Origin: Burkholderiales bacterium | Lineage (GTDB): Bacteria; Pseudomonadota; Gammaproteobacteria; Burkholderiales; SG8-39 | Assembly (NCBI GenBank): GCA_035607175.1 | Contig: DATNCP010000075.1 | Span: 7,774 to 71,773 of the forward strand | Reading direction: 5' to 3' | Length of the DNA stretch: 64,000 bases | Shown here: positions 1 through 9,487 of the stretch, one piece after another | How positions within the stretch are numbered: position 1 is the first letter of the stretch | How the letters are laid out: each line of letters starts with the position of its first letter | The notes under the pieces: generated by a model | What the model was told of the DNA's origin: nothing | Database searches by the model: none | Seen by the model: the letters and a program-made list of their open reading frames with translations, nothing else | Program-made: the position numbers and the translations under genes

Positions 1-498
1 CGTCTCGTCAATGCGAAGCGGATTCTCGAAGTCGGCACCCTGGGCGGGTACAGCGCCATCTGGATGGCGCGGGCTCTCCCGGAAGCCGGCAAGCTGATCA
101 GCCTGGAGGCAGTCGCAAAACACGCCGAGGTTGCGCGCAAGAACATTGAGCGCGCCGGGCTTGGCGCCAGGGTCGAAGTGCGTATCGGCCAGGCGCTCGA
201 CACCCTGCCTTCCGTGCAAGGCCCCTTCGATTTCGCCTTCATCGATGCCGACAAGCAGAACAATGCCGAGTATTTCAGCTGGGCGCTGAAGCTCTCGCGT
301 CCCGGCAGCGTGATCGTGGTGGACAACGTGGTGCGCGACGGCAAGGTGGTCGATGCGCGCTCGCGCGATGCCAGCGTGCAGGGCGTGCGCCGCCTGAACG
401 AGCTCATCGCCGCCGAGAAGCGCGTCAGCGCCACCGCCATCCAGACGGTCGGGATGAAAGGCTACGACGGATTCGCGGTCGCGCTGGTGACCGGATGA
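1..498 (+). CDS. Class I SAM-dependent O-methyltransferase (family-3 / caffeoyl-CoA-OMT-like), 5' end cut by window edge
   Basis: Frame 1 is open from nt 1 (RLVNAKRILEVGTLGGYSAIWMA...) into ORF 64..498. It carries the glycine-rich SAM motif 'ILEVGTLGGYS' and 'FDFAFIDADK'. The stop overlaps the next start (ATGA at 495-498). Confidence 0.8.
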   Translation, partial: RLVNAKRILEVGTLGGYSAIWMARALPEAGKLISLEAVAKHAEVARKNIERAGLGARVEVRIGQALDTLPSVQGPFDFAFIDADKQNNAEYFSWALKLSRPGSVIVVDNVVRDGKVVDARSRDASVQGVRRLNELIAAEKRVSATAIQTVGMKGYDGFAVALVTG

Positions 499-1016
499 GC
501 CGGCAAGCGCAAATGCTCGCGCGCTACAACGCGTGGGCCAACAAGCTGATCTTCGAGGCGGTCGCCGCGCTGCCCGCAGGCGAAGCGACCAGGCCGCGGC
601 AGACGCTCTTCAAGAACATGGTGCACACGCTGAACCATAACTACGTCATCGATCGCATCTTCCAGGCGCACCTCGAGGGGCGGCCGCACGGCTACGGCGC
701 GCGCAATACGCCGGACCATCCTCCGCTCGACGAGCTCTGGCGCACTCAGCAGGAGCTCGACGCGTGGTACGTCGCCTGGAGCGACCGGGTGACGCCGGCC
801 CAGCTCGATGAAGTCGTGCCGTTCACCTTCGTCGGTGGCGGCGAGGGCCGGATGACGCGGATGGAGATCCTCACGCACCTCGTCGTCCACACGAGCTATC
901 ACCGCGGCTTCGTCGCCGATCTCTTCTACCAGGTGCCGGCACGGCCGCCCACCACCGACCTCACCGTATATCTCAGGGACGCGCATGGCGACGATCCTCA
1001 TCACCGGCGCGGGTAG
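495..1016 (+). CDS. DinB-family (DinB/YfiT-like four-helix bundle) protein
   Basis: 173-aa ORF. N-terminus 'LARYNAWANKLIFEAV' and the His-containing 'HTLNHNYVIDRIF' / 'HLVVHTSYHRG' are typical of DinB-like proteins. ATGA coupling to the upstream gene. Confidence 0.75.
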   Translation: MSRQAQMLARYNAWANKLIFEAVAALPAGEATRPRQTLFKNMVHTLNHNYVIDRIFQAHLEGRPHGYGARNTPDHPPLDELWRTQQELDAWYVAWSDRVTPAQLDEVVPFTFVGGGEGRMTRMEILTHLVVHTSYHRGFVADLFYQVPARPPTTDLTVYLRDAHGDDPHHRRG

Positions 1017-1030
1017 GACCTATTCCAGAA

Positions 1031-1453
1031 ATGGGCAGTGAAATGAGCCGGATCGCGCCCACGGTACTCGTCATCTTCCTTGCAGGATGCGCCGCTCCCG
1101 GCGGCGTACGGATCTATGATGGCCCTCCTCGCGCCCGTAGCGAGGTTGCGATCCTCAAAGGGGGAACCCGCGACTACTGGCAAGCAGCGTTTTTTCGTGT
1201 TGCATTGACTGCCACGAGCAACGCTCCTTCTGTTTGCAATGCGCGAGATTCGTGCCCAACGAAGGTTTACATACTCCCAGGCCGCTACCTCATCGGGCTG
1301 CGCTGTACACGCGGTATCTCGCGCGGACAAACCAGCATGACGCTGGATGCGCGGCCCGGGATGACTTATGAAATCGGCTGTCAGGCATCGCCGACCGTCG
1401 CAGACACGCTCAGCGCGTACGTGGTGCCAAGTCTCTCGAGCGATGACGACTAG
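1031..1453 (+). CDS. Hypothetical lipoprotein
   Basis: Signal peptide plus lipobox 'VIFLAGC'. Locally lower GC than the neighbours. The start is either 1031 or the ATG at 1043. Confidence 0.6.
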   Translation: MGSEMSRIAPTVLVIFLAGCAAPGGVRIYDGPPRARSEVAILKGGTRDYWQAAFFRVALTATSNAPSVCNARDSCPTKVYILPGRYLIGLRCTRGISRGQTSMTLDARPGMTYEIGCQASPTVADTLSAYVVPSLSSDDD

Positions 1454-1459
1454 CCGAGC

Positions 1460-2116
1460 ATGAAGCAAACCATGCCGACCGTCCTGATCACCGGCGCGAG
1501 TAGAGGCCTCGGTCGGGAGCTGGCGCGACAGTATGCCGAGGATGGCTGGCGCATCATCGGCACCGAGCGCGGCGCCAAGGCCGAGTACCCGCTCGACGTC
1601 ACCAAGCGCGACCAGGTCGCGCAGCTCGCGGCGAAGCTGAAGAGCGCGCCGATCGACGTTCTGTTCTGCAATGCCGGCATCATCGGCAAGCGCGGCATGG
1701 CGCTCGGCAGCTTCGACTACGACGCGTGGGAAGAAGTGCTGCGCGTCAACCTGCTCGGCGTCGCGTCGGTGATCGAAGCGCTGGTCGAGAACGTCGCCGC
1801 GAGCGAACGCAAGGTGATTGCCGTCATGTCGAGCCGCCTCGGCTCGATCACCGAGTCGAGCGGCGTCACGCTGCCCTACGCAACGAGCAAGGCGGCCTTG
1901 AACCTGCTCGCCAAGGGCCTGGCGGCGACGCTCGCCTCGCGCGGCATCGTCGTGGTCGCGCTCAGCCCCGGCTGGGTGCGCACCGACATGGGTGGCGCCG
2001 GCGCGCCGCTCTCCCCGCAGAGCTCGGTCGGCGGCCTGCGCAAGGTCATCGCCGGCCTGAAGCCATCGGATTCCGGAAAATTCTTCTCGCACGACGGTTC
2101 GACCATTCCGTGGTAA
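1460..2116 (+). CDS. Short-chain dehydrogenase/reductase (SDR) family oxidoreductase
   Basis: 'VLITGASRGLG' Rossmann motif, 'NAG' and 'YATSKAAL' (YxxxK) catalytic motif. Confidence 0.85.
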   Translation: MKQTMPTVLITGASRGLGRELARQYAEDGWRIIGTERGAKAEYPLDVTKRDQVAQLAAKLKSAPIDVLFCNAGIIGKRGMALGSFDYDAWEEVLRVNLLGVASVIEALVENVAASERKVIAVMSSRLGSITESSGVTLPYATSKAALNLLAKGLAATLASRGIVVVALSPGWVRTDMGGAGAPLSPQSSVGGLRKVIAGLKPSDSGKFFSHDGSTIPW

Positions 2117-2125
2117 TGAATCTCC

Positions 2126-2998
2126 GTGCTCCAGGCCGACAGCGCCCGTAACCGCCTCACCGGCATCGGCATCGTCTCGCTGACGTACCTGCTGTTTTCG
2201 CTGCTCGACGGCAGCGCCAAGTGGCTGGTCGGCAGCATGCCGGTGATCATGGTCGTCTGGCTGCGCTTCACGATCCACGCCGTGGTCGCGGGCGCCGTAC
2301 TGTTTCCAATCAAGGGCTTTTCCTTGATAAAAACGAACCACCTGCGCTGGCATCTGCTGCGGGCCCTGATGTTCATCGCCATGACCGGCATCAACTTCTG
2401 GGCGCTGCAGTATCTGCAGCTCACGGTGACCTCGGCGATCTTCTTCACCGTGCCGCTCATCATCGCCATGCTGGGCGCGCCGCTGCTCGGCGAAAGGCTC
2501 GACGCCGGCCGCTGGATCGCGATCATCGCCGGCTTCATCGGCGTGCTGGTGATCGTGCGGCCCGGCAGCGCGGACTTCCACCCGGCGATGCTCGGCTCGA
2601 TGGTCAACGCCGTGCTCTACGCGCTCTTCATGCTGATGACGCGCCGCCTCGCCGCCTACGACTCGCCGGAAACCATCCAGTACCTGCCCGCGGTGGGCGC
2701 CGCGATCGGCCTCGCGCCCTTCGCGCTCGCCGCCTGGGAGATGCCCGATACGGCCATCGAATGGACGCTCGCCATGCTCATGGGCGTGCTCGGCGGTGTC
2801 GGTCACTACCTGCTCGCCGTCGCCCATCGCTACGCCCCTTCGACCGTGATCGCGCCCTTCCTGTACCAGCAGGTGTTCTACATGGCGCTGATCGGTTACT
2901 TCGTGTTCGGCGACGTGCCCGGCGCCGCGGTCTGGATCGGCGCGGCGATCGTCATCGCCAGCGGCCTGTACCTGTTCCACCGGGAGCGGCAGCGATGA
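2126..2998 (+). CDS. DMT-superfamily (EamA-like) transporter
   Basis: 290 aa with about 10 hydrophobic segments in a two-EamA-repeat architecture. GTG start. The stop overlaps the next start (ATGA at 2995-2998). Confidence 0.8.
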   Translation: MLQADSARNRLTGIGIVSLTYLLFSLLDGSAKWLVGSMPVIMVVWLRFTIHAVVAGAVLFPIKGFSLIKTNHLRWHLLRALMFIAMTGINFWALQYLQLTVTSAIFFTVPLIIAMLGAPLLGERLDAGRWIAIIAGFIGVLVIVRPGSADFHPAMLGSMVNAVLYALFMLMTRRLAAYDSPETIQYLPAVGAAIGLAPFALAAWEMPDTAIEWTLAMLMGVLGGVGHYLLAVAHRYAPSTVIAPFLYQQVFYMALIGYFVFGDVPGAAVWIGAAIVIASGLYLFHRERQR

Positions 2999-4395
2999 GC
3001 GAGCACGTCGAGCTGCCCTTCTGGATGGCGGCGGTGCTGCTCGCCTTCGCCGCCTGGGCGCTGATCGAGCATTTCCTGGTCCCGGCGCTGCGCTGGATGG
3101 CGACGCAGCCCGGCAATCGGGTCATCGATCAGCTTTCGCAGCGACTGCGCATCGGCATCCGGCCTTTCCAGCGCACCCGCCGCCAGGCGCTGATCCACCG
3201 GCTGCTCACCGACCCGAAAGTGCAGCAGGCAACGGAACGCTTTGCCCTCGAGAAAAAGATTCCGCTTGCAGCGGCGATGAAGCGCGTCGAAGCCTACGCC
3301 GGCGAGATCGTGCCGAGGTTCAACGCCTACCTCTACTTCCGGGTCGGCTACTGGATCGGCCGCGCCATCTCGCGGCTCTTCTACCGCGTGCGCATCGGCT
3401 ACATCGACTCGGCCGGCATCGCCGCCATCGACCCCGACGCGACCGTGGTGCTGGTGATGAACCACCGCTCGAACATGGACTACATCCTCGCCGGCTACCT
3501 CGCCGCCGACCAGGCGGCGCTCTCGTACGCCGTGGGCGAGTGGGCCCGCCTCTGGCCGCTCTCGGCGCTGATCCGCGCCATGGGCCCCTATTTCGTGCGG
3601 CGCAATTCGGGAGATGAGCTCTATCGCCGGGTCCTCGAGCGCTACATCGCCATGGCGACCGAGGCCGGCGTGCCGCAGGCGGTGTTCCCGGAGGGCGGGC
3701 TGTCGCGCGACGGCCGGCTGCGCGAGCCCCGCCTCGGCGTGCTCGACTACATGATGCGCGGCTTCCGCATCGACGGCGAGCGCGACCTCGTGTTCGTGCC
3801 ACTCGGCCTGAACTATGACCGCGTGCTCGAGGACCGCACCCTGCTCGCTTCGCTCGACGGCAGGAAGGCCGGGCGGCTGCGCGCGGCGTCCGGGACTTTC
3901 GGCTTCGTGCTGCACAACCTGCTGCTGATGGTGCGCAGCGAATGGCATCGCTTCGGCTACGCGTGCGTCAACTTCGGCGCGCCGCTGTCGATGCGCGAGT
4001 ACTGCCGCAGCCGAAACCTCGACTTCCAGAAGCTCACCGGCGAGCCGCGCCGGCAGGCGATGGCCGGCCTCGGCAAGGACCTGATGCAGGCGGTCGGCCG
4101 CGTCGTGCCGGTAGTGCCGGTGGCGCTGATGGCGAGCGTGTTCCGCGACAACCCGGGGCGCGCTTTCTCCGAGCTCGAGCTCAAGGCCGAGGTGGAGCGG
4201 CTGCTGGAGCGCCTGACGGCCGCGGGCGCACGCGTCTACGTGCCGCGCGGCGACCTTGACTACGCGCTGACCGTCGGGCTGCGCATGCTGCAGTTGCGCC
4301 ATCTGGTCGAGGAAAAGGATGGCGTGTTCTCCGCCAGCGCCGCCGAGGAAGCGTTGCTCGCCTACTACGCCAACTCCATCGCCCACCTCCTTTGA
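2995..4395 (+). CDS. Glycerolipid acyltransferase (PlsB/PlsC-like, HX4D family) with N-terminal TM helix
   Basis: ATG at 2995 inside ORF 2221..4395. The upstream part of that ORF is Arg/Ala-rich junk overlapping the DMT gene. 'NHRSNMD' (HX4D) and 'FPEGGLSRDG' acyltransferase blocks. Confidence 0.8.
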   Translation: MSEHVELPFWMAAVLLAFAAWALIEHFLVPALRWMATQPGNRVIDQLSQRLRIGIRPFQRTRRQALIHRLLTDPKVQQATERFALEKKIPLAAAMKRVEAYAGEIVPRFNAYLYFRVGYWIGRAISRLFYRVRIGYIDSAGIAAIDPDATVVLVMNHRSNMDYILAGYLAADQAALSYAVGEWARLWPLSALIRAMGPYFVRRNSGDELYRRVLERYIAMATEAGVPQAVFPEGGLSRDGRLREPRLGVLDYMMRGFRIDGERDLVFVPLGLNYDRVLEDRTLLASLDGRKAGRLRAASGTFGFVLHNLLLMVRSEWHRFGYACVNFGAPLSMREYCRSRNLDFQKLTGEPRRQAMAGLGKDLMQAVGRVVPVVPVALMASVFRDNPGRAFSELELKAEVERLLERLTAAGARVYVPRGDLDYALTVGLRMLQLRHLVEEKDGVFSASAAEEALLAYYANSIAHLL

Positions 4396-4432
4396 GGTAA
4401 ATTCGCGGCAGGGGAAGGGAGAAAGCCCGGCA

Positions 4433-7153
4433 ATGGCGAGGTCACGCAAGCGCACCGCGACGGCGAAGCGCGCAGCGGCGCGGAGCGTCTTCCACGACCT
4501 GCCCGCGGACTGGTACTGGGAGCAGGACGCCGAGCTGCGCTTTTCGAAGATCGAGTCGAACCGGCGCGATCCCGCGGAGGAGGCGCTCGTCCGGCGCCAG
4601 ATCGGCAAGCGACGCTGGGAGACCGGCATCGAGATCGAAGGCGGCTGGCATTCGCACCAAGCACTCCTCGAGGCGCGCCAGCCGTTCCGTGACGTGCTGA
4701 TGTGGCGCACCTTCGAGGACGGCAGCCGGCGCTACCTCAGCGTCACCGGCGAGCCCGTTTTCGACGCACGCAAGCGCTTCACGGGCTATCGCGGCATCGG
4801 CCGCGATGTCACCGCGCAACAGCGCGTCGTCCGCCTGCTGCGCCTCGAGCACCGCGTGACGCGCTGCCTCGCCGAGGCCCAGGACGCGCCGCGCGCTCTG
4901 CAGACGGCGCTGAAGGCGATCGGCGAGACCGAAGGCTGGGATTGCGGCCAGTTCTGGAAGCTCGACGCGGCGCGCGGCGAGATGCGCCACTACGCCGCGT
5001 GGGTGGCACCGGGGAATGAAAGTGCGCAGCGCTTCGACGAAACTTCGCGCGAGCTCGTCTTCCGGCAAGGGGTCGGCCTGGTGGGCACGGCATGGCAAAG
5101 CGGCGAACCCCTCTGGATCCAGGATTCGCAGCAAGACCCGCGTTCCTTGCGGCGGGACCTCTCGCTCGCTACGGGGCTGCGCGGCGCGGTCCTGTTTCCG
5201 GTGCGGCTCGGCGGCCGCGTGACGGGCGTCCTCGCCTTCGCCTCCCAGCGCCTCCGGCCGCCACACAAGCGGCTGTCCCAGGCGCTGCAAGTGGTCGCCA
5301 CGATGCTCGGCCAGTACCTCGAGCGCGCCGACGCCGAGCACGCGGTACGCGACAGCGAGGAGCGTTTCCGCAGCCTGACCAACCTTTCCTCCGACTGGTA
5401 CTGGGAGCTGGACACCGAATACCGCTTCACTCGCCTGGAGGGCCGCCAGGTTGCCGGCGGCGACGAAAGCCTGCGGCAGCGCCTGATCGGAAAGTGCCGC
5501 TGGGACGGCGACCTGGAGGTCGAGGGCGGATGGCCGGCGCACCGGGCGGTGCTCGACCAGCGCAAGCCGTTCCACGACGTGCTGATGTGGCGTCCCACGG
5601 CCGACGGCACGCTGCGCTACCTCAGCGTGAGCGGCGAGCCGCTGCTCGGCGCCGACGGAAGCTTCCGCGGCTATCGCGGCGTCGGCCGCCACGTCACCGA
5701 GCAGAAGCGCGGCGAGATGCTGCTCAAGCTCGAGCACCAGGTGGCGCGCTCGCTCGCCGAGGCCGACGACGCTTCGAGCGGCCTGCGCGCGGTGATCCGC
5801 GCCGTTTGCCGCGCCGAAGGCTGGGCGTGCGGGCGCTACTTCTGCGTCGACCACGGCGTGCTGCGCTTCCAGGACGCCTGGTCGGTGGAAGATCCGCTGA
5901 TCCGCCAGTTCCTCGTCCGTTCGCGCGACATGACGTTTCGCCCGGGAGAAGGCATCACCGGCACGGTCCTGAAATCCGGCGAGCCGGTCTGGACGCACGA
6001 CGCGACGGGCGATGGCCGCGCCAAGTACGGCGCGATGTGGGAAGGCACCGGCCTGCACGGCGGCATCTCCTTCCCCGTCATCTCGGAGAACCGGATCATC
6101 GGCGTGCTGAGCTTCTCCAGCCAATCGGTGCGCGAGCCCGACCAGAGGCTGCTCGAGGCCTCGCGCGTCATCGGCAGCCAGATCGGCCAGTTCCTGCGCC
6201 GCAAGCAGGCCGAGGAGTCGTTGCGCGAAAGCGAGGCGCGCTTTCGCCGCCTGACGGAGATGTCGTCCGACTTCTATTGGGAGACCGACAGCGCGCACCG
6301 CGTCACGCAGCTCGTCCACGGTCCGAACTACCCCGACGCCGTGCTGCGCGGCGCGCTCGGCAAGGCGTCCTGGGAGCTGCCGTCGGTCAGCCCCGACGAA
6401 GCGGGCTGGGCGTCGCAGCGCGCGCGCATGGAGCAGCACCTGCCGTTCCGCGATTTCGAGTTCGCCCGCGCGCTGCGGGACATGACGCGCTACTTCAGCG
6501 TCAGCGGCGAGCCGCGCTTCGCCGCCGACGGCAGCTTCCTCGGCTACCAGGGCGTCGGCCGCGACATCACCGAGATCGCCCTCGCCCGCGAGCGGATCTC
6601 CTCGCTCGCCTACTCGGATCCGCTCACCGGCCTCGCCAACCGCAGCAGCTTCGGCCCGTCGCTCGACCAGGCGGTGCAGCGCGCGCGCCGCAGGAGCTCG
6701 AAAATCGCGCTGGTGTTCGTCGACCTCGACGGCTTCAAGCAGATCAACGACCTGCGCGGCCACGACACCGGCGACGCGCTGCTCATCGAGGTCGCAGGCC
6801 GGCTGCGCGCCAACCTGCGCGCGAGCGACCTGGTGGCGCGCCTCGGCGGCGACGAATTCGTGGTGGCGGTCGAAGAAGTGCAGGAGGTCGGGCCGATCGA
6901 GACGGTGGCGAAAAAGCTGCTCGCCGAGGTCATGCGGCCCTATTCCCTCGCCGGCGGCGACGCCAAGGTGACGGCGAGCATCGGCATCAGCATCTTTCCC
7001 GACGACGCGACCGATGCGCAATCGCTGATGAAGCACGCCGACACAGCGATGTACGCCGCCAAGCAGGCCGGCAAGAATACCTACCGGTTCTACGCCGCGG
7101 GGCCGGCGGCCAACGATCCGGCGAAGCGCAGCGATTCCGAGAGCGCCGGCTAG
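4433..7153 (+). CDS. Diguanylate cyclase with PAS-GAF-PAS-GAF-PAS-GGDEF architecture
   Basis: ATG at 4433 preceded by 'ggggaagggagaaag'. Three 'DWYWE/DFYWE' PAS-like starts about 880 nt apart and two GAF-like segments. 'RLGGDEFVV' active-site motif with an RxxD I-site ('RASD') 5 residues upstream. No EAL domain. Confidence 0.85.
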   Translation: MARSRKRTATAKRAAARSVFHDLPADWYWEQDAELRFSKIESNRRDPAEEALVRRQIGKRRWETGIEIEGGWHSHQALLEARQPFRDVLMWRTFEDGSRRYLSVTGEPVFDARKRFTGYRGIGRDVTAQQRVVRLLRLEHRVTRCLAEAQDAPRALQTALKAIGETEGWDCGQFWKLDAARGEMRHYAAWVAPGNESAQRFDETSRELVFRQGVGLVGTAWQSGEPLWIQDSQQDPRSLRRDLSLATGLRGAVLFPVRLGGRVTGVLAFASQRLRPPHKRLSQALQVVATMLGQYLERADAEHAVRDSEERFRSLTNLSSDWYWELDTEYRFTRLEGRQVAGGDESLRQRLIGKCRWDGDLEVEGGWPAHRAVLDQRKPFHDVLMWRPTADGTLRYLSVSGEPLLGADGSFRGYRGVGRHVTEQKRGEMLLKLEHQVARSLAEADDASSGLRAVIRAVCRAEGWACGRYFCVDHGVLRFQDAWSVEDPLIRQFLVRSRDMTFRPGEGITGTVLKSGEPVWTHDATGDGRAKYGAMWEGTGLHGGISFPVISENRIIGVLSFSSQSVREPDQRLLEASRVIGSQIGQFLRRKQAEESLRESEARFRRLTEMSSDFYWETDSAHRVTQLVHGPNYPDAVLRGALGKASWELPSVSPDEAGWASQRARMEQHLPFRDFEFARALRDMTRYFSVSGEPRFAADGSFLGYQGVGRDITEIALARERISSLAYSDPLTGLANRSSFGPSLDQAVQRARRRSSKIALVFVDLDGFKQINDLRGHDTGDALLIEVAGRLRANLRASDLVARLGGDEFVVAVEEVQEVGPIETVAKKLLAEVMRPYSLAGGDAKVTASIGISIFPDDATDAQSLMKHADTAMYAAKQAGKNTYRFYAAGPAANDPAKRSDSESAG

Positions 7154-7170
7154 CGCTTCACTGCGCCAGG

Positions 7171-7419
7171 CTAACGCTTCAACTGCTTGTTGGCGTCCTG
7201 CACGTCCTTGCGGAGCTTTTCCCGCTCCTGGGGCGACATCGGCCGCGCCGGCCGCTCGGGCCGCGAGTTGCGGTCGCGGTAGACCTGGTTCATGTCCTCG
7301 CGCATCCGCTGCCGGTCTTCCTGCCGCATCTGCTGCGGCTTGCCCTCATGCCGTCGCCCCTGCTGGGCAGAGGCGACGCCGGAGAGCGTCAACGCGAGAA
7401 AGAAGACGAGCGTTTTCAT
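7171..7419 (-). CDS. Small basic secreted protein (hypothetical)
   Basis: 82 aa with signal peptide 'MKTLVFFLALTLSGVASA'. The mature part is highly charged (R/E/Q/K-rich, 'MSPQEREKLRKDV'). Divergent from ompR. Confidence 0.6.
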   Translation of the reverse strand: MKTLVFFLALTLSGVASAQQGRRHEGKPQQMRQEDRQRMREDMNQVYRDRNSRPERPARPMSPQEREKLRKDVQDANKQLKR

Positions 7420-7478
7420 CCAGTGGGCATGGTACGGAAATGGCGGAAGACGGGTGTAACAATTGGTATCTTGCGCCC

Positions 7479-8207
7479 ATGGCTGAGCTGAAGACCCGCA
7501 TCCTGGTCGTCGACGACGACCAGCGGCTGCGCGACCTGCTGGTGCGCTACCTCGGCGGCGAAGGCTACGAGGTGAAGGCGGTCGGCGACGCCGCCGGGAT
7601 GGACAAGCAGCTGAGCCGCGAGCGCTACGACCTGGTGGTGCTCGACCTGATGCTGCCGGGCGAAGACGGCCTCGCGATCTGCCGCCGCTTGCGCGCGCAG
7701 AACGTCGCGCCGGCGATCGTCATGCTGACCGCGAAGGGCGACGAGGTCGACCGCATCGTCGGCCTGGAGATGGGCGCCGACGACTACCTGCCGAAGCCCT
7801 TCAACCCGCGCGAGCTCCTGGCGCGGATCAATGCGGTGCTGAGAAGGAAGGCGCCCGCGGGACCGCCGGGCGCGCCGGCCGCGGGCGGGGACGTGTTCCA
7901 GTTCGGCGCCTTCTCCTTCAGCACGGCGACGCGCACCCTGACGCGCGCCGGCAAGCCGGTGGCGCTCACCACCGGCGAGTTCTCGATCCTCAAGGTGCTG
8001 GTGCAGCACCCGCGCCAGCCGCTTTCGCGCGACAAGCTGATGGAGCTGGCGCGCGGCCGCGAGTACGAGGTGTTCGACCGCTCGATCGACGTGCAGATCT
8101 CGCGCCTGCGCAAGATCATCGAGGACGACCCCTCGCACCCGAAGCACATCCAGACCGTCTGGGGCTTCGGCTACGTGTTCGTCCCCGAAGCCGACGCCGG
8201 CAAGTGA
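7479..8207 (+). CDS. ompR: OmpR-family response regulator
   Basis: Near-colinear with E. coli OmpR from memory ('ILVVDDD.RLR', 'LDLMLPGEDGL.ICRRLR', 'VDRIVGLE.GADDY.PKPFNPRELLARI', 'SIDVQISRLR', 'IQTVWG.GYVFVP'). ATG at 7479 preferred over 7440. Confidence 0.9.
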   Translation: MAELKTRILVVDDDQRLRDLLVRYLGGEGYEVKAVGDAAGMDKQLSRERYDLVVLDLMLPGEDGLAICRRLRAQNVAPAIVMLTAKGDEVDRIVGLEMGADDYLPKPFNPRELLARINAVLRRKAPAGPPGAPAAGGDVFQFGAFSFSTATRTLTRAGKPVALTTGEFSILKVLVQHPRQPLSRDKLMELARGREYEVFDRSIDVQISRLRKIIEDDPSHPKHIQTVWGFGYVFVPEADAGK

Positions 8208-9478
8208 CGCTCTTCTGGCGGTCGTTGCTGCTGATCGCGCTGCTGATCGTCACCGCCGTCCTCGGCTCCTTCCAGATCTATCGCGTCTACGAGCGCGAGC
8301 CGCGCTCGCGCGAGCTGGCGCAGCAGACGGTGAGCACGATCAACCTGACGCGCGCCGCCCTGATCAACGCCGACCCCTTCCTGCGCCGCGAGCTGCTGAT
8401 CGACCTGAACGAGAGCGAGGGGCTGCGCCTCTTCCCCGCCACGGCGAGCGAGAAGCTCGAGCCGCTGCCCGACGACCCGCTTCTGGACAAGGTCGCCGAG
8501 CGCGTGCGCGAGGCGCTGGGCGAGAAAACGCGCTTCGCTTCCGAGCGCGACGGCGAGGAAGGCTTCTGGGTCAGCTTCCTGATCGACGAGGACGAGTTCT
8601 GGGCGATGTTGCCGTGGGAGCGTTTCGAGCCGGCCTTCGGCTTGCAGTGGCTCGGCTGGGGCGCGGCGCTGCTGGCGATCGCCCTCGCCGGCGCATTCCT
8701 GATCGCCTCGATGATCGCGCGGCCGCTCGCGGCGCTGACGCGCGCCAGCGGCCGCCTTGGACGCGGCCAAGCGCACGAGCCGCTCGCGGAGAAAGGTCCG
8801 CGCGAGCTGCGCGGCGTGGCGTCCGCCTTCAACCGCATGGCGAGCGACCTGGAAAGGATCGAGCGCGAGCGCGCCATGGTGCTCGCCGGCATCTCGCACG
8901 ACTTGCGCACGCCACTTTCGCGCCTGCGGCTCGCAATGGAAATGGATGCGCAGGCGAGCGACCGCGAGGCGATGGCCTCCGACATCGACGAAATCGACGC
9001 GGTGATCGGCCAGTTCCTCGACTTCGCGCGCGGCGCCGACGAGGAGCAGGAAGAGAACGAGCTGAACGAGCTGCTCGACGAGCTCGCCGGTCACTATCGC
9101 CGCATCCATCGCCAGGTCAGCTTCCGCCCCGGCCGCGTGCCGCCGTTCCGCTTCGCCCGCATGGCGGTGCGCCGCGCGGTCGCCAACCTGATCGACAACG
9201 CACTGCGCTATGCCGGCGAGCCGGTCGAGGTCGGGACCGCCATGCAGGGCGACCGCGTCATCGTCGAGGTGTGCGACCGCGGCCCGGGCATCCCCGCAGA
9301 CGAGGTCGAGCGCGTAAAGCGCCCCTTCACGCGCCTCGAGCACGCGCGCAGCGGTGCCGGCGGTGCGGGGCTCGGCCTGGCGATCGTCGAGCGCATCGCG
9401 CGCTCGCACCGCGGCGGGCTGGAGCTCGCGCCGCGCGAGGGCGGCGGCCTGGTCTCGCGCCTTACGCTGCTGCGCTGA
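8204..9478 (+). CDS. envZ: EnvZ-like sensor histidine kinase
   Basis: GTG start overlapping the ompR stop (GTGA). Two TM segments, a HAMP-like region, H-box 'SHDLRTPLSRLRL', N-box 'NLIDNALRY' and G-box 'GLGLAIV'. Confidence 0.85.
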   Translation: MTLFWRSLLLIALLIVTAVLGSFQIYRVYEREPRSRELAQQTVSTINLTRAALINADPFLRRELLIDLNESEGLRLFPATASEKLEPLPDDPLLDKVAERVREALGEKTRFASERDGEEGFWVSFLIDEDEFWAMLPWERFEPAFGLQWLGWGAALLAIALAGAFLIASMIARPLAALTRASGRLGRGQAHEPLAEKGPRELRGVASAFNRMASDLERIERERAMVLAGISHDLRTPLSRLRLAMEMDAQASDREAMASDIDEIDAVIGQFLDFARGADEEQEENELNELLDELAGHYRRIHRQVSFRPGRVPPFRFARMAVRRAVANLIDNALRYAGEPVEVGTAMQGDRVIVEVCDRGPGIPADEVERVKRPFTRLEHARSGAGGAGLGLAIVERIARSHRGGLELAPREGGGLVSRLTLLR

Positions 9479-9487
9479 GAGGAAAGC

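Noticed and set aside
1001-2980. 659-aa minus-strand ORF, plus similar long alternate-frame ORFs (e.g. 4442..7036 -, 13758..15956 -, 19852..22917 +, 22953..26012 +, 26181..29573 +, 35226..36887 -, 43877..45976 +, 49371..51590 +)
   Set aside because: Their translations are Arg/Ala/Gly/Pro-rich low-information sequence. They run antisense to, or out of frame with, genes that have clear family motifs. This is the expected behaviour of stop-poor frames in high-GC DNA.
2221-2994. N-terminal extension of the acyltransferase ORF (724-aa version)
   Set aside because: It overlaps the DMT transporter gene in another frame and has Arg/His/Gly-rich composition. An ATGA-coupled ATG at 2995 gives a sensible TM-anchored N-terminus.
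7420-7478. Possible sigma-54-like 'TGGTAT...TTGC' element in the ompR / small-protein divergent region
   Set aside because: The spacing between the GG and GC dinucleotides is 8 nt rather than the canonical 12 nt.
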